DNA of 64,000 nucleotides from Patescibacteria group bacterium (GCA_023485405.1 JAMCZU010000035.1:1519-65518); one strand, 5' to 3'; shown: positions 20,164-31,884, counted from the first letter of the stretch. Translations and numbers: made by a program. The notes: generated by a model not told the origin, from the sequence alone.

Positions 20164-20760
20164 ATGAATAAAATTAAATTAAAACAAAGTGCGATTGTTG
20201 GACGACAAGTATTATTATATTTTGTTGATTTCTATCGTTACGCGATCCCAATTTTTGATAAAGCAAGAGTGTATCGAATCCCTTTTAAGGAATATGACAA
20301 ATTTAGACTTAAAGACAAAATTAAATTTAGCCAAGAAATATATCGGCTCAAAAGAGCTGGTGTAGTTAAAAAATATATTGATGAGAAAGGAGAGTTTATT
20401 GAAGTGACGCCAAAGGGCCAGAAATGGATTAAAAAATATTTTGTAGATCAACTAGAAATTAAATTGCCTTCTAAATGGGATAAAAAATGGCGAATAGTGA
20501 TTTTTGATATTCCGGATACGAAAAAGAACGAAAGAGATATTTTAAGAGAAAAACTTGAAAGAATTGGTTTTATAAAATTACAAGAAAGTGTCTATGTTTT
20601 TCCGTTTGAGTGTGGTTTGGAAATTGAGGCTTTAAAGGAAATGTATTTTATCAAACCGTATGTTCAATATGTTTTAGCTAATAGAATCGAAACAGAAATT
20701 AATTTATTAGAAGTGTTTTATGACCGAGGGATATTAGATAAAAAATATCTTAGGAATTAA
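20164..20760 (+). CDS. PaaX-like protein: winged HTH + Cas2-like domain
   Basis: RLKRAGVV...VTPKG wing; KWDKKWRIVIFDIP...R..LRE.L...GF..LQESVY. Confidence 0.85.
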   Translation: MNKIKLKQSAIVGRQVLLYFVDFYRYAIPIFDKARVYRIPFKEYDKFRLKDKIKFSQEIYRLKRAGVVKKYIDEKGEFIEVTPKGQKWIKKYFVDQLEIKLPSKWDKKWRIVIFDIPDTKKNERDILREKLERIGFIKLQESVYVFPFECGLEIEALKEMYFIKPYVQYVLANRIETEINLLEVFYDRGILDKKYLRN

Positions 20761-20804
20761 GTAACCACTATTCTAATTATTATTCTCAAAATTTTATCTG
20801 TTAA

Positions 20805-20842
20805 TATTCAACTATTACCGCTCCAGCGTCAAAAGTGGAATT
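20805..20842. repeat. 38-bp imperfect palindrome, right flank of PaaX/Cas2-like gene
   Basis: TATTCAACTATTACCGCTCCAGCGTCAAAAGTGGAATT. Confidence 0.85.
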
Positions 20843-20919
20843 TTTACTGGTATGGATTTTATGTTTTATTGTATTTTGATAGAAAAATTAATAGGAAGTA
20901 AGAAACTTAATAAGTAAAT

Positions 20920-20959
20920 AAAAAACCCGCTCGAGTTCGAAAGGAACTATTTGAGCGGG
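20920..20959 (-). terminator. Terminator of minus-strand ORFan
   Basis: A run, then CCCGCTCGA ... TTGAGCGGG stem. Confidence 0.6.
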
Positions 20960-20977
20960 GGAGAAAAACGAATGGGT

Positions 20978-21418
20978 CTACTTGATGAGGTGTACAAGGA
21001 GAGATTCAGTATAGAAGTCGTTATTGAGACGACTCCAGTATGGGTGCCATCCTGTTTTGCGATAATACAAGCACAAGACGTGAAGATTGTCGTCCAGATC
21101 ACACCAAATGGTGCCAGCGAATATTAAATAGAATTTTCGCCACAAGTGAGGGATGGTTTCTTGTTGTTCAAGCATTTGTTCAGCGTGGCGTTGTCCAGCA
21201 CGGCTACCCATTTCCTTGGCACGCTCGAGCATTGCATGTCCATTTATATGGAACTCGCTTTCATGAAGAAAGGTGTTTAGTGTAAGAAGGTTAGAGTCGC
21301 CCTCAAAATAAACATTATCGGCGAGTTTCCATCCATCTTCGAATTTATCAAGCCGGAAGCCAGAGGGAAGCTGTCTAAGAACCATCATTGGAAGATCAAG
21401 TGTTAATTTGGTGCTCAT
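20978..21418 (-). CDS. Hypothetical protein (146 aa)
   Basis: ATG at 21418 with AAAAGGAGGT RBS; TTGACA at 21509-21504; Trp-rich C-terminus. Confidence 0.75.
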   Translation of the reverse strand: MSTKLTLDLPMMVLRQLPSGFRLDKFEDGWKLADNVYFEGDSNLLTLNTFLHESEFHINGHAMLERAKEMGSRAGQRHAEQMLEQQETIPHLWRKFYLIFAGTIWCDLDDNLHVLCLYYRKTGWHPYWSRLNNDFYTESLLVHLIK

Positions 21419-21577
21419 AATGAGATACCTCCTTTTCAGAATCCAAAATTGCACGGATAAAATTTTCAAGTTACATTATATTTTATCTTAAAAAACAATA
21501 AACTGTCAAGGTTTAGATATGGTTTGCGAGGGGTTTTACTTTAAATATTTTTTTGATATAGTAGATTTGTAAGATAA

Positions 21578-23569
<1,992 letters not shown>

Positions 23570-23574
23570 TGATT

Positions 23575-23637
23575 AATTTCAAATTTAAAATTTTAAATCA
23601 ATTTAAAAATTCATTGAAAATTAAAAATTGAAAATTT
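23575..23637. repeat. AT-rich heptamer-periodic element, copy B
   Basis: AATTTCAAATTTAAAATTTTAAATCAATTT...AATTCATTGAAAATT; shares blocks with 54772-54863. Confidence 0.7.
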
Positions 23638-23646
23638 GGAGATATT

Positions 23647-23823
23647 ATGTCTAAAAAAGATCAAGATCAAAATTTGAATAGTTTTTTAGAAACGCAGAAA
23701 GAACATAAGAAATGGTATGAGGTAAGTGGTATGGGAAAGCAGCGAGGGAAACCCAGAGCCGTGCCGTCAAATGTAAAAAAACCGGGGGGAATTAAAAAAC
23801 ATAGCTTGAGGAAGGAAAAGTAG
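23647..23823 (+). CDS. Small basic protein (58 aa) between gyrB and gyrA
   Basis: MSKKDQDQNLNSFLETQKEHKKWYEVSGMGKQRGKPRAVPSNVKKPGGIKKHSLRKEK*; GGAGA RBS; stop overlaps the gyrA GTG (TAGTG). Confidence 0.6.
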   Translation: MSKKDQDQNLNSFLETQKEHKKWYEVSGMGKQRGKPRAVPSNVKKPGGIKKHSLRKEK

Positions 23824-26708
23824 TGGATCAAAACGAAGAAATAAAAGAAGAAATAACAGATTTAAACCCTGAAGAAGTGGCTAAAGCAGAGTCGGCTTTT
23901 GAATTTATCAAAACCAAAACAAAAGATGAAAAAACCGAATTTGGCTTAGTTCGTGGTCGCGTTTTGGAAGAGGAAATGCAAGAGTCTTACTTGGACTATG
24001 CGATGTCAGTTATTATTGCACGCGCTTTACCGGATGTTCGTGACGGTCTAAAGCCGGTTCACCGTCGTGTGCTTTATGCGATGTGGGAGACGGGGCTCAG
24101 ATCAAATGTCAAATATCGAAAATGTGCGGCCGTAGTCGGTGAGGTTTTAAAATCCTATCATCCGCACGGTGATATTGCCGTTTACGATACCTTAGTGCGA
24201 ATGGCTCAAGATTTTAATATGCGCGCGCCGCTGATTGATGGCCAAGGTAACTTTGGTTCAATGGACGGAGATTCCGCCGCGGCCATGCGTTATACCGAAG
24301 CGCGGATGAGCCAAGTTTCCGAAGAGCTTTTATTTGATATTGAAAAAGAAACAGTTGATTTTGTGCCCAACTACGATGGCACCAAAAAAGAGCCAAAAGT
24401 TTTACCCGCGAAACTACCCAATCTTTTAATTAATGGTTCGATGGGTATTGCGGTGGGAATGGCCACCAATATTCCCCCACATAATTTGGGTGAAATTTGT
24501 TCAGCCGTGATTTACTTAGCTGACAACCCGGATTGCACGATTGAAGATTTGATGGAATTTGTCAAAGGTCCCGATTTTCCTACCGGCGCCGAAATTTATG
24601 GCATCGAACAAATTAAAGCCGCTTATGCGGGTGGTAAAGGCGCAATTTTAATGCGGGCCGTGGCCAACATTGAAGAAACAAAGAGAGGGTATCGTATTAT
24701 TGTTTCTGAAATTCCTTATCAAGTCAACAAAGCGGAGTTAATCTCTAAAATTGCCGATTTAGTTAAAGAAAAAAAGATTGAAGGCATCAGTGATCTTCGC
24801 GATGAGTCGGATCGGAAAGAAAAAGTTCGAATTGTTGTAGAACTAAAATCAAATGCTTATCCGAAAAAAATCTTAAATCGTTTGTATGAATTAACACTGA
24901 TGCAGACTTCTTTTTATGCTAATATGCTGGCATTAGTTGATGGGATTCAACCGCGCGTTTTGACGCTTAAAAATATCTTAGAAGAATATTTAAAACACCG
25001 AAAAATAGTTGTCCGTCATCGGACTGAATTTGATTTGGCCCGCGCCAAAGAACGAGCCCATGTTTTGGAAGGTTTGCGCATTGCCCTAAAATCAATTGAT
25101 GAAGTCATTGCCACCATTCGCAAATCGGCTGATCGAGACGAGGCTTGTAAATCACTGCAAACTAAATTTAAATTAACTGAAATCCAAGCCAATGCTATTT
25201 TGGATATGAGACTCTCAGCTTTAGCGGCATTGGAAAGAGAAAAAATTGAAGCGGAGTATCAAGAAAAATTAAAATTAATTAAAGAGTTAGAAGCAATTCT
25301 TGCCTCCGAAAAAAGAATTTTAGAAATTATTAAAAAAGAATTAGAAGATTTAAAGACCAAATACCCCAGTCCGCGTCGAACCAAAATTTATGCGGAATCT
25401 TTGGGTCGGTTTTCGGCCGAAGATTTAATTCCGTCAGAGCAAGTGATTATTCTACTTACTCGTGGTAATTACATTAAACGGATGCCGGTTTCGGCCTACC
25501 GCAGCCAAGTTCGTGGTGGTAAGGGCGTGATGGGAATGGAAACTAAAGAAGAAGATATGATTGAACATTTGGTCGTGGCTAATACTCATGATGATATTTA
25601 TTTCTTCACTGATCGTGGCCGGATTTTCCACACTAAAGTTTACGAATTACCGGCCGTCTCACGCATTTCCAAAGGTCAAGCGATTGTCAATCTCCTTCAA
25701 ATTTCACCGGAAGAAAAAGTAACGGCGATGATTACTGTTTCGCCCAAAGAAATTGAAAAGTACAAATATATCTTGCTCGCCACTTCCAAAGGCAATGTCA
25801 AAAAAACGGCTTTGGAGCTTTATTCGAAAGTTCGAAAAACTGGGATTGTAGCGATTAAATTAAAATCCGATGATCGTTTGCGTTGGGTTAAACTCACCAC
25901 TGGCAATGATATGATTTTCCAAGTTTCGGCTAAAGGTCAATCCATTCTATATAAAGAAAGTGATATTCGCTCAATGGGCCGAACCGCGGCTGGCGTGCGC
26001 GGAATTCAACTTCGAGCTAATGATTATGCGGTGGCGACCGACGTTCTACCACCAGGAATGGAAGAGAAATACGATGCCTTGATTGTTTTAGAAAAAGGTT
26101 TTGGCAAGCGCACACCTTTGAGTTTCTTTAAAACGCAACTTCGTGGTGGGATGGGAATGCGGGTGGCTAATGTCACTGACAGAACCGGGATGATTGTAGG
26201 AATGCGTTTAACTCAAGGTGACGATAGTGATTTAATTTTAGCTTCTTCTAAAGGTCAAATGATTCGGATTGCTTTAGCATCGGTTAAAAAACTTCAACGC
26301 GATACTCAAGGTGTGATTTTAGTGCGGATGGGAGCAGGGGATAAAGTTACTTCAGTGACGATTATGTCGAAAGATAAAGAAGAAAAATTAAATCAACCCG
26401 AGCCGGAATCTAAAGAAGAAGTCGAAACCATAGTCGAAGAAGCAAAAGTGGAAGAGAAAATTGAAGAGGCCGAAGAAAAGCTTGAAGAAGCGGCTGAACC
26501 TGGGAGTATCCCGGAATGGGCGAAGGCTCATCGTGATGAAAGAAGAGTAGTAGAAAAAGTTGAAACCGAAACTCCTAAAAATATTAAAGTTCATGATTAT
26601 AAAGAAGAAAAAAAAGAAATAAAAAAAGATAAACCAGAAGAACCTGTTTTGCCAAAAAAATCGTCAAAAAATGACGAAGCTAACTATTGGGGTAAAAGAT
26701 TGGGGTAG
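23823..26708 (+). CDS. gyrA: DNA gyrase subunit A with long acidic tail
   Basis: SYLDYAMSVI, RALPDVRDGLKPV, HPHGD, AAMRYTE, GyrA-box QVRGGKG. Confidence 0.98.
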   Translation: MDQNEEIKEEITDLNPEEVAKAESAFEFIKTKTKDEKTEFGLVRGRVLEEEMQESYLDYAMSVIIARALPDVRDGLKPVHRRVLYAMWETGLRSNVKYRKCAAVVGEVLKSYHPHGDIAVYDTLVRMAQDFNMRAPLIDGQGNFGSMDGDSAAAMRYTEARMSQVSEELLFDIEKETVDFVPNYDGTKKEPKVLPAKLPNLLINGSMGIAVGMATNIPPHNLGEICSAVIYLADNPDCTIEDLMEFVKGPDFPTGAEIYGIEQIKAAYAGGKGAILMRAVANIEETKRGYRIIVSEIPYQVNKAELISKIADLVKEKKIEGISDLRDESDRKEKVRIVVELKSNAYPKKILNRLYELTLMQTSFYANMLALVDGIQPRVLTLKNILEEYLKHRKIVVRHRTEFDLARAKERAHVLEGLRIALKSIDEVIATIRKSADRDEACKSLQTKFKLTEIQANAILDMRLSALAALEREKIEAEYQEKLKLIKELEAILASEKRILEIIKKELEDLKTKYPSPRRTKIYAESLGRFSAEDLIPSEQVIILLTRGNYIKRMPVSAYRSQVRGGKGVMGMETKEEDMIEHLVVANTHDDIYFFTDRGRIFHTKVYELPAVSRISKGQAIVNLLQISPEEKVTAMITVSPKEIEKYKYILLATSKGNVKKTALELYSKVRKTGIVAIKLKSDDRLRWVKLTTGNDMIFQVSAKGQSILYKESDIRSMGRTAAGVRGIQLRANDYAVATDVLPPGMEEKYDALIVLEKGFGKRTPLSFFKTQLRGGMGMRVANVTDRTGMIVGMRLTQGDDSDLILASSKGQMIRIALASVKKLQRDTQGVILVRMGAGDKVTSVTIMSKDKEEKLNQPEPESKEEVETIVEEAKVEEKIEEAEEKLEEAAEPGSIPEWAKAHRDERRVVEKVETETPKNIKVHDYKEEKKEIKKDKPEEPVLPKKSSKNDEANYWGKRLG

Positions 26709-26741
26709 AAATCTGCCAGCTGGCGGAAAATAAGAGGGGAC

Positions 26742-27956
26742 ATGATAGACGAAGAAAAACCGAAGAAAAAATCCAAAAAATGGTGGTGTTTGGGTTGTTT
26801 AGGTGTACTTGTTGCAATAGTAATTATGGTGATAATTATTCAGCGCCAGGCGGGATCATCGGGGAGCGATGAACCAAAAATGTCGGCGGCCAAAAACTAT
26901 CCATATCACGAGCCATCGGCCGAGGCCAAAAATCGCAATTTGGATTGCAAAAAAACAGTTCTTTATGTTCGTAGCCCGGCTAAACAAAATTATAATATTT
27001 TATGCGAAAATATTTATCAGATTTCGCCGGAAGATCTGGCGGCGAAAATTTCAGCCCAAAAATATGATCGCATTATGCTCTATGGTGAAAATGTTATCTT
27101 TGATGCTAACCCGAGCATTGCCGGCGCTCAAAATTTTAGTCAAAATTTTTACAATACTGTTAAATTCACTGATCAGTATATGCTACCTAAAATGTTGGCG
27201 TTTTACGGTCTAGCAGATTTAAGTTATATTAGTAAAGATTTTTCGCCGTATCCGGCTTTGTTTTACGAATTAGAGCCAAAAGATGAAGTTCACCGAATTT
27301 GTAAAACGAATTCGGCCAGTGGTTGCGCTCAAATGCACATGTGGGCCACTTTGGATGAAGAAATTTTAACCAGACATATTTGGACGAATCGTGAATTTTT
27401 GTCTAAAGACAACATGGATTCCGTTTCTTGGGACACGCATTGGCCAGCCGATTGTTATACTGATTTTGTTTTAGAGCACGAAACAGCCCATTTATTAGTG
27501 GGTGCTCATGCTTTGAAAGTAGTGGGGATGTCTATTAATACTTGGTATTATATTCCAAGTTGGTTTAACGAGCAGCAGGCCGGTTTGGCGGAAATTTTGG
27601 GTCAAAATTTAGTTTGTGGCGAAGGCACGCGCGTTAATATTAAAACAATAGTTAACGGTAAAGAGGAGCCGAAAGACATTACTTATTTTAATAGTCTTTA
27701 CCCGGCGATTTCACTGTCACAAACATATCCTCGAGATAACCCGTGTGAGTTGGGAATGCTTTCCTCGTTTTATCGTTATTTGGATAAAGGCGATATCAAT
27801 ACCACTTACCCGGCCTTTATGACCTCCTTTCGTCAAGCGATGGAAAAAAACAATGATTTTCGCGATGACCAAACTTTTCTAAATTTTCTTAAAGATCTTC
27901 ACAACAACGATCCAGCTGAAATGGACTTTTTACGTTCTCATCAGTGTTCGGTTTAA
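26742..27956 (+). CDS. Membrane-anchored putative zinc metallopeptidase (gluzincin-like)
   Basis: N-terminal TM; HETAH (HExxH) followed by WFNE third-ligand motif; several Cys. Confidence 0.65.
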   Translation: MIDEEKPKKKSKKWWCLGCLGVLVAIVIMVIIIQRQAGSSGSDEPKMSAAKNYPYHEPSAEAKNRNLDCKKTVLYVRSPAKQNYNILCENIYQISPEDLAAKISAQKYDRIMLYGENVIFDANPSIAGAQNFSQNFYNTVKFTDQYMLPKMLAFYGLADLSYISKDFSPYPALFYELEPKDEVHRICKTNSASGCAQMHMWATLDEEILTRHIWTNREFLSKDNMDSVSWDTHWPADCYTDFVLEHETAHLLVGAHALKVVGMSINTWYYIPSWFNEQQAGLAEILGQNLVCGEGTRVNIKTIVNGKEEPKDITYFNSLYPAISLSQTYPRDNPCELGMLSSFYRYLDKGDINTTYPAFMTSFRQAMEKNNDFRDDQTFLNFLKDLHNNDPAEMDFLRSHQCSV

Positions 27957-27965
27957 TTGTTTTTC

Positions 27966-27993
27966 AAAAAGAAAACCCCGATTTCTCGGGGTT
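27966..27993 (-). terminator. Terminator of the PEP-CTERM cassette
   Basis: A-rich run, then AACCCCGA-TTTC-TCGGGGTT. Confidence 0.6.
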
Positions 27994-28177
27994 ATTGGTT
28001 TGGGGATTTTACAATCAGCCAGACAATTAGTCCAACGCCGGCTATTATTAACAGAATTCCCGGCACAAGCACAGCATCCCACCATTTAACTGATGGTGGC
28101 GGTCCGATTGGTCTACTTGGTCCACTCTGGCCGTCCTGGTTTTCGTTGTAGTTATTGGGATTACCAAAGTCTTTCAT
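27992..28177 (-). CDS. Small single-TM protein (61 aa)
   Basis: ATGA overlap with the upstream gene, AGGAGG RBS, C-terminal TM. Confidence 0.65.
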   Translation of the reverse strand: MKDFGNPNNYNENQDGQSGPSRPIGPPPSVKWWDAVLVPGILLIIAGVGLIVWLIVKSPNQ

Positions 28178-29103
28178 CTTGATTTCCTCCTTTTCAAAAA
28201 TCCAAGCGTGGCGATGCCGGAAATAAGGGCAAGTAAGCTGGACGGTTCGGGGACGGGAACAAGATTGATCAAAGCATTCTGTCCAATTTGAAATTGGCTA
28301 TTGATTGTGTTGCCGTTTGCAAGCGTGCCAGAAAGTATTCTGTATGGTTCAGAGTCATAAGTTTTCCCGAAGATGCTTTTGATTTCTCTGAAACCAACAG
28401 GGTTTCCGTCAACAGTAAAATTGGAACCGCTGAGAGTTATTCGACTATTGTTTGCAGCGGCCAAAAGTATATCTATTAAGCCGCCACTGATGGTTATTTG
28501 ACTGTTATCGCGAGCAATTACGTAACCCAGAAGTCCATCGTTAATTATAGTGTGACTTAGGTCAGTTGTGTGGAAAGAATATGACGACCATCCGCCATTA
28601 ATTATTATGTTGCTGTTACCACTTATAGTTGTGTATAACGTTCCTCCGCTTGTTAGTATCGCAAAGCTGTTGCCGCTACTCACAAAGGAGTTGTATATGC
28701 GTCCTCCTTTCATTGCGAGACGACTATTAGCACTGATGCTTAAGTTATCCATAGTTCCATTATTTATTAATACCTGGCTATTGTCGGTAGCGTTTAAAGA
28801 GCCTACGTAACCGTTATTAATCGTTGCGTAGCTATTGTCGAGAATATCCAAGTAATTAATCCAATAGCCATATATACTTATCTTGCTGTTGTTATACCCT
28901 CGAAGAGTAAAAGGGATATATGCGTAATTTACTAAACTGATGGTGGTTTGTGCGTTTGGTGTTTGATAATCTATCCATACATCGTCGTCGATTTTGTAAT
29001 CAACAACATGTGTTTCTCCGTCTCTAAACTCAGTCAGAGCTATTGAGGCAGAAGACATGAATAAGCAAACTGTTGCCATTACGACATGTGTCAGTATTTT
29101 CAT
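28174..29103 (-). CDS. PEP-CTERM sorting-domain protein with ~20-aa beta-helix-like repeats
   Basis: Signal peptide; repeated S.I.I.GG.....L.A.DN units; C-terminus VPEPSSLLALISGIATLGFLKRRKSR. Confidence 0.88.
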   Translation of the reverse strand: MKILTHVVMATVCLFMSSASIALTEFRDGETHVVDYKIDDDVWIDYQTPNAQTTISLVNYAYIPFTLRGYNNSKISIYGYWINYLDILDNSYATINNGYVGSLNATDNSQVLINNGTMDNLSISANSRLAMKGGRIYNSFVSSGNSFAILTSGGTLYTTISGNSNIIINGGWSSYSFHTTDLSHTIINDGLLGYVIARDNSQITISGGLIDILLAAANNSRITLSGSNFTVDGNPVGFREIKSIFGKTYDSEPYRILSGTLANGNTINSQFQIGQNALINLVPVPEPSSLLALISGIATLGFLKRRKSR

Positions 29104-29388
29104 CTTTCCAGCCCTCTCCGCCGCAGCGGACCCGCGTCTAGCGGGCTTTCAAATTGTTCAGGAACATTCCCCAAAACTGCCTAAAGTATACCAGGCAATA
29201 AACCATTTGTCTACTATTTTTAATATTTATCTCGAACAAAAACCGAAAGTTATCCACACTTCCATTTAATTACAAAAAATATGATAATGTATTTGTGGTT
29301 CAAATAAATGATTATTTAATCATTAAATTCATTACTGAAGATACATATTTTTTAGGTAAAATGATCGCTAATTTAGGAAAGAGGTAAA

Positions 29389-30324
29389 ATGCATCCATTT
29401 GAAAAAATGTTAAGTGTTTCTAGCGAAAGCATTAATTATATTTTGTCAGGTTTTTCAGAAATTGAATGGTCTGAGTTTTTATTGAATCCTAGAAGATTGC
29501 GTGGAAGTGATTTTTTAATGAGATGGTCTCAAGGTGTGTGGAGTGAACACCGTCTTATGGATGGTATAAATTCCTCTAATGATTTTTATGCGATTCCATA
29601 TGGTCCAAGCGGGACTGCACCTCACGACGATGTTAGGGCTTTTGAACTATATTTTGAAAGATTAGAAGCCGCAGGGTTAGGTAATATAAAAAGACCCGAT
29701 CTTTTAATATTTAAGAAACAAGATAAATTAGAAGTAGAAAAAATTATTGAGAGGTATAATGGCTTAGCAGAATTACCTTTTATCAAGGAAGAGAGTCTTA
29801 AACCTCTGCTGTCCAAGGCTATTATTGGTGTTGAATGTGAAAATAGTTTATGGAAAGCAGAAAAAATGCCTGATTTTAATACAGCACTTAGACCTCAAAA
29901 GCGTCTCGAAGGAAAACTTGGTTTGGCGAAAAATGCAGTATTACCAACAATTATAATTAAAGAGGAAGATAGGGAGCCACTAAAAAAATGGCAAGAAATG
30001 AATAAATTACCAATTCATATTTGGCATGTTTTTTATGACCGTGCATATGGAATTTCTTTAAATGAAGCCGAGCGATTAATAAAAGAGAGAGTAGTTTTAC
30101 CTACTATACAAATATTTCAAGCACCGGGAGGAGCAACTACTCAAAAGGCAATTTATAAACTCTACTACCATTATGGTTATCCTCTAGGTAAAGCGACTCA
30201 AGAGCCACAACTGCTTTCGGCTTACGTAGAAGATAAAAATGGACACATTCTTCCATATGTAAAATTCGATGGTGGTAGTTTGAAAATTTCTGAGGAATGC
30301 TTAAATGTATTACATAAGTTTTAA
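29389..30324 (+). CDS. Type II restriction endonuclease, AccI family
   Basis: DFLMRWSQGVWSE, AIPYGPSG, KRPDLLIF, ECENSLW; adjacent methyltransferase. Confidence 0.8.
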   Translation: MHPFEKMLSVSSESINYILSGFSEIEWSEFLLNPRRLRGSDFLMRWSQGVWSEHRLMDGINSSNDFYAIPYGPSGTAPHDDVRAFELYFERLEAAGLGNIKRPDLLIFKKQDKLEVEKIIERYNGLAELPFIKEESLKPLLSKAIIGVECENSLWKAEKMPDFNTALRPQKRLEGKLGLAKNAVLPTIIIKEEDREPLKKWQEMNKLPIHIWHVFYDRAYGISLNEAERLIKERVVLPTIQIFQAPGGATTQKAIYKLYYHYGYPLGKATQEPQLLSAYVEDKNGHILPYVKFDGGSLKISEECLNVLHKF

Positions 30325-30326
30325 CT

Positions 30327-31826
30327 ATGAGTAACAAAAATCGAGAAGAATTAAGAAATTTGGGCCAATTTTGGACACCAGGATGGATTGCCAAAGTCAT
30401 GGTGGCTTATTTTCTTGATGGCAAACAAAAAGAGATTTTTGATCCTGCGGTTGGAACAGGTGCTTTTTATACAGCATTGAAAGAGCTGGATAAAAAAAGA
30501 CAAATCAAATTTTACGGTACTGATATTGATAAAAATGTGATAAAAGATGCTTTTAACCATAAAATTTTTGATAATAAAAGTGTAGTAGAAGTAAGAGATT
30601 TTATTAAGGAACCACCAACAAAAAAAATTTCTGCAATTATTGCTAATCCTCCCTATATTAGACATCATCGTTTATCGGCAGACACAAAGAAATTGTTAAA
30701 ACAAATTAGCTATAAGTACACAGGCTACGATATAGATGGGAGAGCAGGAATTCATATTTATTTCCTAATTCAATCATTGGGTTTATTGAAAAATGGCGGA
30801 AAACTATCTTTTATAATGCCTTCAGATACCTGTGAAGGTGTATTTGCAAAAAAATTATGGAACTGGATAGGAAATAATTACTGTATTGAAAAAGTTATTA
30901 CTTTTGAAAGTGAAGCTACACCTTTTCCGAATATTGATACCAATGCTATAATATTTTTTATTTCGAAAAATCCTAAACAATCAGTTTTTGAATGGGTTAG
31001 AGTTAAAAAAGAGTCAGGTCAATTATTGAATTATTTATTAAACAAAAATTGTGATTTTTCTGATTTAGAAATAATTAAGAGAGATACTGAAGAAGCTTTA
31101 TTCACGGGAATGTCAAGAAGACCAACGGAAAGAAGCCAATACAAATATAGATTAAGTGATTTTGCAAAAGTAATAAGAGGTATTGCATCAGGGGCTAATG
31201 ATTATTTTTTCATTACGAAGCAAAAAGCCGAAGAGTTAGGGATTCCAGGTAGGTATTTAAAGTCAGCATTAGGTAGGACAAGAGATATGGAAGGAAGTGT
31301 TATTACGCTTAATGATTTAAAAAAATTAGAAGAAAAAGGTCGTCCTACTTTATTATTATCACTTGATAATCAACGAAAAGAAGATTTACCAAAGTCATTA
31401 AGAAATTATATTGAAATAGGAGAAAAAAATAATTTACAGTATAAAGCTCTTATTTCAACAAGAAATCCTTGGTATAAAATGGAAAAAAGAAAACCTCCAA
31501 AATTTCTTTTTGCTTATCTTGGTAGAAGAAACGCAAGGTTTGTAATGAACCAAGCTGGTGTAATACCTTTAACAAGTTTTCTTTGTGTATATCCGTTATT
31601 TGATGATAAAAAGTATGTTAATAAATTATGGCAGATTTTAAACAATCCTAAAACAATCAATAATTTGAAACTTGTTGGAAAATCTTATGGTTCTGGTGCA
31701 GTTAAGGTAGAACCAAGATCACTGGCTAATTTACCGATTCCTGAAGAAGTCGTAAGGCGGGTAGGTATTGAACCAATGTATACAAAAGAACAACAAAAAA
31801 CATTATTCGAATTTGCGTATTCTTAA
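30327..31826 (+). CDS. N6-adenine DNA methyltransferase (gamma class)
   Basis: GQFWTP, FDPAVGTGAF (motif I), NPPY (motif IV), C-terminal TRD. Confidence 0.92.
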   Translation: MSNKNREELRNLGQFWTPGWIAKVMVAYFLDGKQKEIFDPAVGTGAFYTALKELDKKRQIKFYGTDIDKNVIKDAFNHKIFDNKSVVEVRDFIKEPPTKKISAIIANPPYIRHHRLSADTKKLLKQISYKYTGYDIDGRAGIHIYFLIQSLGLLKNGGKLSFIMPSDTCEGVFAKKLWNWIGNNYCIEKVITFESEATPFPNIDTNAIIFFISKNPKQSVFEWVRVKKESGQLLNYLLNKNCDFSDLEIIKRDTEEALFTGMSRRPTERSQYKYRLSDFAKVIRGIASGANDYFFITKQKAEELGIPGRYLKSALGRTRDMEGSVITLNDLKKLEEKGRPTLLLSLDNQRKEDLPKSLRNYIEIGEKNNLQYKALISTRNPWYKMEKRKPPKFLFAYLGRRNARFVMNQAGVIPLTSFLCVYPLFDDKKYVNKLWQILNNPKTINNLKLVGKSYGSGAVKVEPRSLANLPIPEEVVRRVGIEPMYTKEQQKTLFEFAYS

Positions 31827-31884
31827 AATAAGAATTTACGAAAAGAAAAATCGAGAAAATTATTAAAGAAGGCGGTGAGTAAAA

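Noticed and set aside
20088-20842. CRISPR array with cas2
   Set aside because: Only two repeats about 680 bp apart, no spacer series and no cas1; the protein is a wHTH-fused PaaX type. Kept as a separate finding
26388-26700. Glu/Lys-rich repetitive stretch at the gyrA 3' end as a repeat element
   Set aside because: Low-complexity coding tail; acidic GyrA tails are known
29250-29258. Perfect DnaA box TTATCCACA next to an AT-rich tract as oriC
   Set aside because: Single box noticed, no cluster, no dnaA/dnaN in the window, no switch in gene strand bias
29057-29269. 70-aa plus-strand ORF
   Set aside because: Overlaps the PEP-CTERM gene start and its upstream region; no RBS or recognisable features
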